Part shown: one piece after another, positions 52,664 to 62,858 of the stretch
Numbering within the stretch: position 1 is the first letter of the stretch
How the letters are laid out: each line of letters opens with the position of its first letter
Origin: Patescibacteria group bacterium
Lineage (GTDB): Bacteria; Patescibacteriota; Microgenomatia; Levybacterales; UBA12049
DNA: 64,000 nt
Assembly (NCBI GenBank): GCA_026004395.1
Contig: BPJB01000001.1
Location: forward strand, 649,226 to 713,225
Reading direction: 5' to 3'
Notes under the pieces: generated by a model
What the model was told of the DNA's origin: nothing
The model's database searches: none
Seen by the model: only the letters and a program-made list of their open reading frames with translations
Made by a program: the position numbers and the translations under genes

Positions 52664-53410
52664 ATGGATCAACTGAAAGTTCTTACTCTAAAAGTTTTAA
52701 TTGCAATCATCTCATTCTTTATAATCACCAAAATATTTGGACCCATCCCTTTAAATGTAAATAGTATACAGACAACCAAAAATGATCTTTTTACTGTGGA
52801 GGGGGTAGGGGAGGCAACAGGGATACCCAAAACAGCACAATTTACCGTCGGAGTAACAGAAACAGCAGCAACAGTTGAACAAGCACAAAGCAAAGTCAAT
52901 ACATCAATAAACAGAATAATCAATGAACTCAAAAAACTAGGAATTAGTGACAAAAAGATTAAAACAATAAATTACAATATAAGTCCTAATATTGATTACA
53001 CGAAGGGGCCACAACAAACAACTGGATATACAGTAAATGCTTTACTCGAGGTAAAATTAGACGATACATCAAAAGCAAATCAGGCAGTTGATACTGCTAC
53101 TAGAAATGGTGCAAATATAGTTAATGGAGTCACATTTGTCCTATCAGATGCTGATCGAGAAAAACTAGAAAAAGAAGCAAGAGCAAAAGCTATAAAAGAT
53201 GCAAAAGAAAAAGCACAAGAACTAAGTAGAGAAGTGGGACTAAAGATTGGACGTGTAATAAGCGTCAATATTAATCCAGAACCTAGTCCTATAATATATA
53301 AAACGACTACTAGTTTAGAAGCTAGAGGAGGATTGGATACTTCAACCAACCTGCAACCTGGAGAAAACACCATCCGAGTGACAGTAACCATCTCATATGA
53401 AACTCTTTAA
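52664..53410 (+). CDS. SIMPL/DUF541-like secreted or periplasmic protein
   Basis: N-terminal signal/TM helix. Overall composition and length fit SIMPL (BP26-like) proteins. Confidence 0.4.
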   Translation: MDQLKVLTLKVLIAIISFFIITKIFGPIPLNVNSIQTTKNDLFTVEGVGEATGIPKTAQFTVGVTETAATVEQAQSKVNTSINRIINELKKLGISDKKIKTINYNISPNIDYTKGPQQTTGYTVNALLEVKLDDTSKANQAVDTATRNGANIVNGVTFVLSDADREKLEKEARAKAIKDAKEKAQELSREVGLKIGRVISVNINPEPSPIIYKTTTSLEARGGLDTSTNLQPGENTIRVTVTISYETL

Positions 53411-53469
53411 AAGATTCTGATTTGTCAAGTTATCTAATCAATTATGATCTAAAATATTTCTTTTAAGGT

Positions 53470-54123
53470 ATGCTTTTAGAAAAAGATCATATTGAAATAC
53501 CACAACTGTCCTTGGAATATCAAGCTCGCAAAAGCCTAGAACAGTTGCAAGAGTGGGTCATACTTTTATCAAATGGTCCTTATCATCCACATGAGCTAAG
53601 ACAGCCTCTTCATGCATTAGCTGAGCGATATAATGCCCAACACATACACCCACTCATAGATGCGGCATTCTATATAGATGATGCACAACGTGGATTACCC
53701 ACTGAAGCCATAGAAGCATTTTCTGCATGCGAACGTTTATTTATAGGACAAGAACTTATGAATAGTACTCCAGACGTTTCTTCTTTACGAGGGGGAGCTA
53801 TGCTTTCTTTGATTGATCAAGATAAGGAAAGAGTCCAAACAATGAGAAGATTAGTTATTACAGAGAATGGCAAGCTCAAAATTGCTGATCTATGGTCAGA
53901 TATTGTTAGGTATCATACTCTAGAGGAACTTGAAAATTTACAAAAATGTGATATCAATGCCTGTGAAGTAACTCGAGCTAAAAATCTAATCTCTTTTATC
54001 AATAAAAAAGAATATAAATATCCTTCAGAAAATTTTGTTATTCGAGGATGGGTACCAATTCATGAAGCCAAAATAGGAAAAATTCCAGAGTATTCCTCTT
54101 TTAATAAAAAATACAACAATTAA
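53470..54123 (+). CDS. Hypothetical protein
   Basis: ORF only. Confidence 0.35.
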   Translation: MLLEKDHIEIPQLSLEYQARKSLEQLQEWVILLSNGPYHPHELRQPLHALAERYNAQHIHPLIDAAFYIDDAQRGLPTEAIEAFSACERLFIGQELMNSTPDVSSLRGGAMLSLIDQDKERVQTMRRLVITENGKLKIADLWSDIVRYHTLEELENLQKCDINACEVTRAKNLISFINKKEYKYPSENFVIRGWVPIHEAKIGKIPEYSSFNKKYNN

Positions 54124-54137
54124 CTCGTTGCAACTGA

Positions 54138-55079
54138 TTAAGAAGTTTTGCGATTCCCACTGTGAAAAGAATTATGAATTTCTCTCAATTTTTTATTTGT
54201 AATATGTGTATATATTTGTGTTGTAGCAATATTCTTATGTCCAAGCATCTCTTGAACAGAACGAATATCTGCTCCATTGGTAAGAAGGTCTGTTGCAAAA
54301 GAATGCCTTAGGGTATGAACAGTCGCGTCCACTGGAAGCCTAGCTAATCTTACATACTTTTTAATCATGCGTTCGACACTTCGAGGTGTAAGCCGCATTT
54401 TTTCACCATGATCAGATGGATCTTCTCGACCAGAATAACGAATAAATAAAGGCTTATAGGTATCTGTGCGCTCTGATAAATAGCGGCTCAACCACTCAGC
54501 AGCTCTTTCTGATATAAAAACGATTCTAGAGCGACCACCTTTGCCTATTACACCAAATTCACGACGCTCAAGATTAATCTGATCGTGATTAAGCTTGACA
54601 AGTTCAGAGACACGCAGGCCTGTTGAGAAGAGTAGTTCCATGATAGCGCGATCTCTCAATCCATCTATCTTTGAAGTATCTGCCATTGTTACCAAACGAT
54701 CAACCTGATCTCTTTCAAGGAATTTAAGACTTCGACTTTCAGTTTTAGGAAGATCAATTTTTGACGGCTCTAGTGTTTTGACATCATGCTTGATAAGGTA
54801 ACGCAGAAAAGAACGCAAGGCTATTACATAATAATTTTGCGTCACTTTTTTTAATGTCTGTCCTTTTGGATCGGTTTTATTGGAGAGGAAAACACGATAT
54901 CTTCTGATGATGTCAAGATTAAGATCTTGAATTGATTTTTCAGGATAATTCTTCTGAAACCACTGAGCAAAAGTTTTAAGATAATGATGATAATCACGAA
55001 TTGTTAACTTTGAAGAATTTTTTTCTATCTCTAAATATTCAAGAAATTGATTTATCAAATCGGGTAAATAGGCAGACAT
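54138..55079 (-). CDS. xerC: Tyrosine site-specific recombinase XerC/XerD family
   Basis: R...HxxR...Y catalytic set, including HTLRHSFATDLL and LGHKNIATTQIYTHI. Confidence 0.85.
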   Translation of the reverse strand: MSAYLPDLINQFLEYLEIEKNSSKLTIRDYHHYLKTFAQWFQKNYPEKSIQDLNLDIIRRYRVFLSNKTDPKGQTLKKVTQNYYVIALRSFLRYLIKHDVKTLEPSKIDLPKTESRSLKFLERDQVDRLVTMADTSKIDGLRDRAIMELLFSTGLRVSELVKLNHDQINLERREFGVIGKGGRSRIVFISERAAEWLSRYLSERTDTYKPLFIRYSGREDPSDHGEKMRLTPRSVERMIKKYVRLARLPVDATVHTLRHSFATDLLTNGADIRSVQEMLGHKNIATTQIYTHITNKKLREIHNSFHSGNRKTS

Positions 55080-55137
55080 ATATCAACTGTACTAAAATAG
55101 AGTGGAGAAGTCAACAATGTGCGACGTATAAAATATT

Positions 55138-56484
55138 TTACAGATTCTCCTGATTATCTTTCTCCATTTCTTGATGAAAAACTGCTTCTCTTGCTTGATA
55201 GATTAAATTAGTTATTGTTGAACTATATTCATCATCTTTTTGCAACAAATCAACTATATTTTTTTGCGCTGTACCAACAGAAACAGACTCATCCATTGGT
55301 AAAATTTGTTTTATTGAGATTCTTCCCACTACTGCAATCAGCATCTTGCAAATAAAATCTATATATTCAGGAGCAAGTGTTATCCCATCCTGTTCAGCTT
55401 GCAACTTTATTTGAGAAAAAAATTCAGTAAAACGCATCTTTAAAATTTCCTCTTGCTTTTCAGGATTGTTTAAGAGATGTTGTGTTTTAGCCTCATGTAA
55501 GGGGATAAGAGCAAATGTTTTCCCTTGAAGAAGATTTCTGCATGCTAAGTACTCTTGGGCTTCCCTGATTTTCACCCCCATTAGTGAATGCTGAAAATCA
55601 AGATCGTGTGTAGGGAAAAAAAGATGTCCAACTCGATGAGAAAAATGTGTAGCTCCTGCAGGCATTCGAAGATGTGCTCGTTTGGCTATTTCTTTTCCAA
55701 GGAATGGAAGAGGGGGAAGAAATGGGAGAGATTTAAATCGCAAAATACGGTATCCCCATTTTACAACACCCCAAATAAGCTGAGGAGAACCAGGTCCTTT
55801 AATAAGATTTTCAAATTTTGTCTTCCAATACTCATGTCTTGGATCATCCCAATCAAAAGATAATCCTTCACGAAATTGTAGAAAAGCTTTTCTAAAAAGT
55901 TCATCATTGCCCAAATCTCTGGTGAAATCAGTGCCTAAAATGAAAAGATTCTTACCGACAGCATCTCTGAGTGATCCGGGATTATCCGGAAGATTGTAGA
56001 TCAACTCAGCAAGAGAAGCATCAGGAGACAGCCCACGAATAGCAATAACCGCAGGCTTCTCTCTAACAATTACCTCAGTAATTGCCGGATGCCATCTAGT
56101 ATATTCTCTTCTGCCAATTACTCTGTGTTCTTCTATATCATGCTCAATCTTTGCTATCTTCTCACGTGAATCAGATGTTGAGTCAACAGAACCATAAAGA
56201 TAATGTATCCTAGCATAAGGATTCACTAAATCCTCGTATCTTCTCCCACGCCTCTCGCGCAGGCTAACGCGTACTGCGTTAATATCAGAAATTTCTTGAG
56301 GGCTTTGACGAAGCAATGAAATTTTGTTGGAATTGATTGGTGAAGAAGATGACTCATTGTGTGTAGAAGAGGCGTTCGTATTAGCTATATTAGAGAAAGA
56401 TGCATGATCATTACTCTCATGAGCATTTACTTTTGGAGGAGGCAACTCATGTTCTACTAAAAATTGTGCATCTTTATGATCCAT
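55138..56484 (-). CDS. Hypothetical protein (448 aa), N-terminal Ser/Asn-rich
   Basis: ORF only. Confidence 0.4.
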   Translation of the reverse strand: MDHKDAQFLVEHELPPPKVNAHESNDHASFSNIANTNASSTHNESSSSPINSNKISLLRQSPQEISDINAVRVSLRERRGRRYEDLVNPYARIHYLYGSVDSTSDSREKIAKIEHDIEEHRVIGRREYTRWHPAITEVIVREKPAVIAIRGLSPDASLAELIYNLPDNPGSLRDAVGKNLFILGTDFTRDLGNDELFRKAFLQFREGLSFDWDDPRHEYWKTKFENLIKGPGSPQLIWGVVKWGYRILRFKSLPFLPPLPFLGKEIAKRAHLRMPAGATHFSHRVGHLFFPTHDLDFQHSLMGVKIREAQEYLACRNLLQGKTFALIPLHEAKTQHLLNNPEKQEEILKMRFTEFFSQIKLQAEQDGITLAPEYIDFICKMLIAVVGRISIKQILPMDESVSVGTAQKNIVDLLQKDDEYSSTITNLIYQAREAVFHQEMEKDNQENL

Positions 56485-56573
56485 TAATCTTATATTAATC
56501 TAATTCTGCAGAAGAGTTCAACAAATATAACTTTCAGTTGTAAAATCCATACAGCTTGCTACAATAGTAGCAA

Positions 56574-57467
56574 ATGACTCGCTTAATACTCGATTCAGGC
56601 GATCCTGAAGAGTATAAAATCACTGCCAAAATTGCCAATGATAACAATCAAGAACTTTGGGGAGGAACGACCAATCCATCTCTTATTGCCAAAAAACTGG
56701 CAATGAAAGGTAAAAAGTTAACAAAAGAAGAGGCTTTTGAACTACAAAAAAAAATTGTTCTGCAAATACTTGATATTGTTCCAGGAGCTGTATCTGTTGA
56801 AGTGTATGCAGACTCTAATACTACTGCGGAGGAGATGATTGCCCAAGGAGAAAAAATTGCCCACTGGCACGAAAGAGTAGTGATTAAACTTCCTACAACA
56901 ATTGAAGGTTTTAAAGCTCGAACAGTACTACGGAAAGAGTCTATCACCACCAACAACACACTTGTATTCTCACAACCACAAATTGTTGCTATCTGCATCC
57001 ATGAAAACTTAGTGCAAAAAGAATATGGTGTACAAGGACAATGGCCATCGTTTATATCTCCATTTATAGGCAGACTTGATGATATTGGCGAGGATGGTCT
57101 CTCTCTTCTAAAAAATGGTCTAGAATTAAAAAAGCAGCTTCAGTCAAATCTATGGATGCTTGCAGCTTCGATACGCAACACTTATCATTTATCAGAAAGT
57201 ATTACTCTTGGAAGCGAACTGGTAACAGCACCATTAAAGGTATTTGAGGAATGGTTCTCCAAAAAAAACACTACTAAACATCAAACTAGACTGAAAATCT
57301 CTAAGTTATGGGACATCCCTGATGAGGTAAAAAATATCGATTCTCTCGCATCATTTATGCAGGCGATTGAAACTGATATTCTCAATATTTCTCACCCGCT
57401 TACAGATAAAGGTCTAGAACGATTTGCTAACGATTGGAATGCGCTTATCAGTGATAAGAATAAATAA
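56574..57467 (+). CDS. Transaldolase-family protein (TalB/FSA-like)
   Basis: LDSGDPEE and GGTTNPSLI motifs of the transaldolase fold. Confidence 0.7.
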   Translation: MTRLILDSGDPEEYKITAKIANDNNQELWGGTTNPSLIAKKLAMKGKKLTKEEAFELQKKIVLQILDIVPGAVSVEVYADSNTTAEEMIAQGEKIAHWHERVVIKLPTTIEGFKARTVLRKESITTNNTLVFSQPQIVAICIHENLVQKEYGVQGQWPSFISPFIGRLDDIGEDGLSLLKNGLELKKQLQSNLWMLAASIRNTYHLSESITLGSELVTAPLKVFEEWFSKKNTTKHQTRLKISKLWDIPDEVKNIDSLASFMQAIETDILNISHPLTDKGLERFANDWNALISDKNK

Positions 57468-57479
57468 TTCAAATTATCA

Positions 57480-58307
57480 TTGACACAATATCTCTCTTTG
57501 TTTATAGTGAGTGTAATGTCAGAAAATAGAGAGATTTTAGAATCAGATACACATAATAGATTGAGAGGTCCACAAAATGAAGATCTAAGACCCACACTTG
57601 GACAAAAGATAAATGATAGAGTTGTCGATGCTGACTTGAGGAAAATCACTCGCAGAGCATTTTTGGCTGCTGGAATATTAGGAGTATTGCGTTTATTACG
57701 TAGAAATAGAGGAGAAAATAAACATCCAAATCTATCTCAGCCAGTACCAACAGCAGTACCAACAGAATCTCATCCTGAAGTTTTTCATCTAAAGACTATA
57801 GATGCTCCCATAGATCCTCAGATAAGTTTTCAACAGCTTAAAAAAGAAGGAATTGAATTTGTAGCTGACACAGAAAGTGGTGATCTAACTGTGACTGATA
57901 TTCCTGATGTTGAAATAATGGAACTTGCCGATATAAAAGGCAAGATTATTGTGCGACGTGGAGCAAGTTCTAATAATGAAGGGATAGAATTAACACTCTC
58001 AGAGCTTAAAAAAATCAATCCAGAAGGAAAATATAAAGTTGTAAGAATAATTGGTGGCGAATATGCGCCGGGATTTTCACACCTTGGTAGCACATACGTA
58101 GCCAATAGCGCTGAAAATACTGCTCATGGTATATGGTACGCAATTGTTAATGAAAAATTAGATCCTGAAAAAGGAATTAAAAAATATTTTTTTGCAGATC
58201 TTTATGGAAAAGAGCTTCCTAGCTCTGAAAACCCTTTATGTGTATCTGCGAACTTTGGGACAATTATCAAGGATACCAAAGACAATCCTCAATCGCCAAA
58301 TAGTTAA
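57480..58307 (+). CDS. Hypothetical protein with a twin-arginine-like signal (RRAFLAAGILGVL)
   Basis: ORF with an RRxFLxxG motif followed by a hydrophobic helix. A hairpin aggtcat-gta-atgacct sits just after the stop. Confidence 0.4.
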   Translation: MTQYLSLFIVSVMSENREILESDTHNRLRGPQNEDLRPTLGQKINDRVVDADLRKITRRAFLAAGILGVLRLLRRNRGENKHPNLSQPVPTAVPTESHPEVFHLKTIDAPIDPQISFQQLKKEGIEFVADTESGDLTVTDIPDVEIMELADIKGKIIVRRGASSNNEGIELTLSELKKINPEGKYKVVRIIGGEYAPGFSHLGSTYVANSAENTAHGIWYAIVNEKLDPEKGIKKYFFADLYGKELPSSENPLCVSANFGTIIKDTKDNPQSPNS

Positions 58308-59180
58308 TACCTCTTATAATGTAAGGTCATGTAATGACCTACAAGGCCTCTGAAAAATAAAATCTATATAAATAATAATAATTCCAAAAATTCCAAAAGG
58401 GATAAAAAGATACTTGTGCTATAAAAGTCACTACTCTACAGCATAAAATTGGAGGAGGGCATTTACACCTTAAATTAGCTTCAAAATATTAATATAAAAG
58501 CACAATTTATCCTATAGTGGAAAAAATGGACGTTTAATTTTATTTAATGCGCCTAAAAAGAGCACATTGATTTCACAAAACTAAGCTAAAATTTAAAAAA
58601 TTAAATGAATATAAAATAACGTACGCTGGATATAGCTTCTCCACCGTCAAAACTTATTTACGTCGTAAAAGTATTATTGTACGACGTTAATATTTTATTC
58701 TCTCTAGCATGTAGAGGAGTTCAATCCAAGGTCGTGGTTGCTAATTTAAAAATAATAACTAATAAAGAATACTTTAAAGACAGAATAATATGACGTGTTC
58801 TATCACCTGTTGGGTATCTACTGACGAACGTAACTTCTGTGAAAACTGAGAGTAAAATAGCGACTAATATTATTTTTTCACCCTATAATAAAGAGAATAT
58901 TTCTGTGAAAATTCGCCTCCACTCTATGTAATTCTATGCATAAATTATTTATATTTAGATTGATTTATCAATCTAAATATATTGTTTTAGCCTCAAATTA
59001 TTGTTTTCGTATTTTTTTCATTCTTACATTTACTATATCAAACTATATCAGGTATCAAAATATACTATAGGACTTCTCTGCTCTCTATTTTGTTAACTCT
59101 CCTACTTTCCCCATGAAGTAAATACTAATAAAGTAAAAAATACAGCAACTCCTACCCAGACATATTCCCACAACACACCT

Positions 59181-59972
59181 CTAAAAAGCCTCTTCTCTAG
59201 CCACACATGAGAAAGACCTACAAGAGTATAAAAAAAATCCTGTGACAAATAAGGCAATAACTGTTGGACTTGTCGGCCAAAACCAAAGCGCAGATGCTAC
59301 CTCTATCAAGCAAAGCGTTATTACTCCTGACCAAAGAATAAGAGGATATTCGGTTTTTTGAAGCACATATGTCCATAACGATTGATAGACTAAGGGATAA
59401 GAATATAACGCTATCAAGAATATTGTCGGAAGAATATGTAAATGAAGAGTGTAAACAATATTAGTTAAGAAGAAAATCGAAAGAAGCGTAAGAACAAATG
59501 AAACTATCCGCGCTCCGGATAAAAGCGCAATAGTTCGAATTGCAGAAACAGTAAAAATGTTTTGACTTAAAAAAAGAGAATATAAACCAAATGCATAAAA
59601 GCTTGTTAAAGCAAGTCTAAAAAGAAGCCGTGCCGGGATAAGAAAATAAAAAAGTGCAAAAGCTAGACTATAAAAGAATGGTAAAATGAAAAGATTAAAA
59701 GAAAAATTATCCTTTAGATCGTATCTTATTGCCCAATAAAGAAATAAATTTGTTAATAAAGAAAGAAATGCTGCAATAAGAAATCCAGATTTCCCGAATT
59801 GAAGCTCTGTAATAAACAAAATTAAGCTTAAAAAAGCAACACCTATAACAAATTTTTTTCTTTTATCAATGTGGATAAAAAGAGTTTTCTTTTCTCTTTT
59901 GGTTGGTAGTGATTGTGAACTAATTTTCTTATCAAGCAGATGAAAAATTCCTTTTTTATCCATCATGAACAA
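59181..59972 (-). CDS. Hypothetical polytopic membrane protein
   Basis: 6-7 predicted TM helices. Confidence 0.45.
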   Translation of the reverse strand: MFMMDKKGIFHLLDKKISSQSLPTKREKKTLFIHIDKRKKFVIGVAFLSLILFITELQFGKSGFLIAAFLSLLTNLFLYWAIRYDLKDNFSFNLFILPFFYSLAFALFYFLIPARLLFRLALTSFYAFGLYSLFLSQNIFTVSAIRTIALLSGARIVSFVLTLLSIFFLTNIVYTLHLHILPTIFLIALYSYPLVYQSLWTYVLQKTEYPLILWSGVITLCLIEVASALWFWPTSPTVIALFVTGFFLYSCRSFSCVAREEAF

Positions 59973-59999
59973 TTTTACTTACTTTTTGAACAAGTCTAA

Positions 60000-60749
60000 C
60001 TACTCTGTCTTCTTATCTGTTTCGGAAATATCATAGTTAGCGTACACTTTCTGAACATCATCTAAGCTCTCTAATTTCTCCATGAAAGGGACTATCTTTT
60101 CAATGATTGCAGGATCAGTAATTGGTGTATATACTATAGGTCTTCTTGTAAGCTCGGCACGCAAAACTGTAATTCCTGCTTGCTGTAAAGTATCTCTTAC
60201 CTGTGCAAGTTTTTCAGGTGTAGTATAGACAATAATCTCCTCTTCCCTCTCCTCGACGTCTTCTGCGCCTGCATCTGCTGCAAGCAAAAAAATTTCATCA
60301 AGAGATCTTCCATTTTTACCTATGCTTATCTCCCCTTTCTGTACAAATTGATAACTTACACTTCCTGGAACACCTAGACTACCGCCGTTTTTATCAAAAA
60401 TACTTTTAATCTCAGGTGTTGTTCGCTGCTTATTATCAGTAATAGCCTCAATTATCACACTAAACCCTCCGGGTCCAAAACCTTCGTAGATTACTTCTGT
60501 GACCTCATTGGCTGTTTTACCAAGTGCTCTCTCGATAGCACGTTCGATATTTTCTTTTGGCATATTTGCGCTACGTGCCGCATCAATAGCTAATCGAAGT
60601 CTTGGATTTCCATTAGGATCAGATATCCCTCCACCCTCTTTTACGGCTAACATAATAGCATTGGAGAGTTTGGTAAAAAGTTGCCCTCTCTTTGCATCAT
60701 TTGCACCTTTTTGTCTTTTAATTGTTGACCATTTTGAATGTCCACTCAT
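60000..60749 (-). CDS. yebC: YebC/PmpR-family transcriptional regulator
   Basis: MSGHSKWSTIKRQKGANDAKRG N-terminus, which is diagnostic. Confidence 0.9.
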   Translation of the reverse strand: MSGHSKWSTIKRQKGANDAKRGQLFTKLSNAIMLAVKEGGGISDPNGNPRLRLAIDAARSANMPKENIERAIERALGKTANEVTEVIYEGFGPGGFSVIIEAITDNKQRTTPEIKSIFDKNGGSLGVPGSVSYQFVQKGEISIGKNGRSLDEIFLLAADAGAEDVEEREEEIIVYTTPEKLAQVRDTLQQAGITVLRAELTRRPIVYTPITDPAIIEKIVPFMEKLESLDDVQKVYANYDISETDKKTE

Positions 60750-60943
60750 ATTATTTAATAAAAATTAAAAGTACTAAAGTATTTAGGTATCACGGTAAAA
60801 CAAGCTATAATCTATCGTAGTACCGTTATACCTATAGTACTTCTACTAAACTAATTATACCTTGTTTTAAGGGTAGATAACAAGAGATGTTATCCACCAA
60901 ACAATTTTTTATTGAACTTACGCTCACTAATAAGAAGAAACTC

Positions 60944-60972
60944 GTCCTATTGACTTTTGCAAAAAACTTAAG
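60944..60972 (+). promoter_or_regulatory. Sigma70 promoter candidate for the TPR gene
   Basis: TTGACT, an exact 17-nt spacer, then TAGAAT. Confidence 0.4.
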
Positions 60973-61014
60973 TAGAATTTCATTTTAATTCAGATATAAA
61001 GGATTTATACCCAA

Positions 61015-61707
61015 ATGACACCCTTAAAAGCGCAAGCTATACAAACTGCCCTCATGGGAGATTGGGAAAACGCAATTCTTCTAAATCAGTCTCTACTCGA
61101 AGAAAATCCAAACGATATTGACACACTCAACAGACTAGCGTACGCCTTGGCTAGTGTAGGCAATATACAAGAAGCTAAAGCAATCTATCAAAAAGTACTT
61201 GATCTTGATACACAAAATCCTATTGCACTTCGCAATTTAAAACGACTCAATTCTTATAATGCCTCTCATACCAATAACAGAACGCACGTTTTTTATCCGA
61301 ATCTTACCAACCTTTTCATCGAGGAACCAGGTAAAACAAAAGTACTTGATCTGCTAAATGTCGCTAACAAAAAAATACTCACTCTTCTTAGATCTGGAGA
61401 GCCTCTTACCCTTTGTATTAAACGAATGAAGATTTTTATGCTTGATCAAAATAAACAATATATTGGAATGCTTCCCGATGATGTAGGACGACGTCTCATA
61501 CGCTTCATTAAGGGTGGAAATCAGTACGATGCGTATATCAAATCAGTTGATAATAATAAAGTTACTATTTTCATTCGTGAAATTAAGCGGGTTGCGCGGT
61601 TTAAAAATCAACCATCATTTCCATCTATTGATAAAACACGCTTATTTATAAAACAAAAACCTTTTGAAGTTAACGATTATGATGAAGCTGCGGTATCAGA
61701 AGATTGA
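61015..61707 (+). CDS. TPR-repeat protein with a C-terminal domain of unknown function
   Basis: N-terminal TPR-like helices (ALMGDWENAILLNQSLLEENPNDIDTLNRLAYALASVGNIQEAKAIYQKVLDLD). Confidence 0.5.
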   Translation: MTPLKAQAIQTALMGDWENAILLNQSLLEENPNDIDTLNRLAYALASVGNIQEAKAIYQKVLDLDTQNPIALRNLKRLNSYNASHTNNRTHVFYPNLTNLFIEEPGKTKVLDLLNVANKKILTLLRSGEPLTLCIKRMKIFMLDQNKQYIGMLPDDVGRRLIRFIKGGNQYDAYIKSVDNNKVTIFIREIKRVARFKNQPSFPSIDKTRLFIKQKPFEVNDYDEAAVSED

Positions 61708-61852
61708 TTGTGAAAAATTATCTTCCCTTTTTTTAACTCTTTTCTTACTTCCTTGACCTCATCCATCTTTGTAATATTCCTCAAAGATCGCAATGCTAAA
61801 ACTACTGATAATAAAGCAATAATTATAACTATAATCCAAAACATAAAATCAA

Positions 61853-62668
61853 CTAATAATTAATCTCTTTTACCCTGTCTTTCCCTATTGTGATAATTAT
61901 ATCAGAGAGAGTGGGAGACGATAATGGGATTGCAGGCATTAAAAGAAGACGCTGCAATCTTTTTAGTGTATCACTATTCTTCTTTTCTTCTCTATATTCA
62001 ATTTGTGACGTTGTAACAATTTTATCCGCATTAGTAACAGAAATTACTGTGCCCCCCATGGTTGTAATCGCCCTTTCTAAGCGTTTTCCCAAACCTGGAA
62101 TACTAGTCCCATTGCGAATTTCTATTGTTACGTTATCCTCTACAATTTTTGGATCAACAAAAAAAGATCTTGTAACATCATCTATTTTTGTTTCATTTTG
62201 AGGCAGGCTGATTGTTTGCTGAGAAATATTAGCCTTGGGAATTCCTTTTACTACCAAAAAAAGGCGTAAAAGATCGTAGAATGTAAGGCTGGTTGAAACA
62301 CCGCGCTTTTTCAATAATGCATCTGATATATGAGAATCCACTTCCCTTGCACCTTGAAATGGTTGCGCAAGGTTAATTTGACCATCAATAAAAATACCCA
62401 AAAGTTGTTTTGCCTGTGTTAAATCTTTCACACCTTTTAATTGTAGATGTGAAAGTTTTTTATCACGTGCATTTATTCCAACTATATCTAAATCTCTATC
62501 TTTTACAAACGCTATTGTAAATAAATAATCACTATCAAAAACACTATTTTGTGTTAACGCAATAAAACGATAAATTATAGAAATCGTGATAAGCAAAAAA
62601 ACCACGATCAAAAAAAACATGAGAAGACGTAGAGAATTTTTGGAAGTACTTACTTTTTTATTTCTCAT
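61853..62668 (-). CDS. LytR-CpsA-Psr (LCP)-family protein with a LytR_C domain
   Basis: N-terminal TM helix and a C-terminal IEIRNGTSIPGLGKRL...TVISVTNADKIVTTSQIEY LytR_C-like block. Confidence 0.5.
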   Translation of the reverse strand: MRNKKVSTSKNSLRLLMFFLIVVFLLITISIIYRFIALTQNSVFDSDYLFTIAFVKDRDLDIVGINARDKKLSHLQLKGVKDLTQAKQLLGIFIDGQINLAQPFQGAREVDSHISDALLKKRGVSTSLTFYDLLRLFLVVKGIPKANISQQTISLPQNETKIDDVTRSFFVDPKIVEDNVTIEIRNGTSIPGLGKRLERAITTMGGTVISVTNADKIVTTSQIEYREEKKNSDTLKRLQRLLLMPAIPLSSPTLSDIIITIGKDRVKEINY

Positions 62669-62680
62669 GGGCAGAAAAAC

Positions 62681-62824
62681 TTATTCTGTTTTTTTCTTTT
62701 TGGAAATTACCTCAGGTAAAGAATACGACAATGGACTACCTAAAGATAGATTACTTGCATGTTTCTCTTTTTCTTTTTTTTGTTTCTTTTTTTCACCTTT
62801 AAAGTAACCTGATCCCTTTGCCAT
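62681..62824 (-). CDS. Unannotated small Lys-rich protein (47 aa) with a strong Shine-Dalgarno sequence
   Basis: cAGGAGGTGAttctctATG on the minus strand. Translation: MAKGSGYFKGEKKKQKKEKEKHASNLSLGSPLSYSLPEVISKKKKTE*. Lies between rluA and the LCP gene on the same strand. Confidence 0.4.
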   Translation of the reverse strand: MAKGSGYFKGEKKKQKKEKEKHASNLSLGSPLSYSLPEVISKKKKTE

Positions 62825-62858
62825 AGAGAATCACCTCCTGAAACAGAGTTTTAATTAA

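Noticed and set aside
58620-58740. tRNA/tmRNA-like fragments (gagttcaatcc, ctccaccg) in the ORF-free gap
   Set aside because: The order and orientation are wrong for a tmRNA 3' end, and no acceptor or T-arm pairing is possible. Likely coincidental.
59864-60897. DnaA-box-like 9-mers (TGTGGATAA at 59864, TTATCCACC at about 60889) not far from gyrB/gyrA
   Set aside because: These are isolated single boxes about 1 kb apart, one inside a CDS. Roughly one chance match to this 9-mer is expected in 64 kb. There is no cluster, AT-rich DUE, or dnaA/dnaN gene nearby.
62586-62807. Plus-strand 73-aa ORF from the track
   Set aside because: Low-complexity Phe/Ser-rich translation with no Shine-Dalgarno sequence. 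It is antisense to a minus-strand small ORF that has a consensus Shine-Dalgarno sequence and fits the operon orientation.
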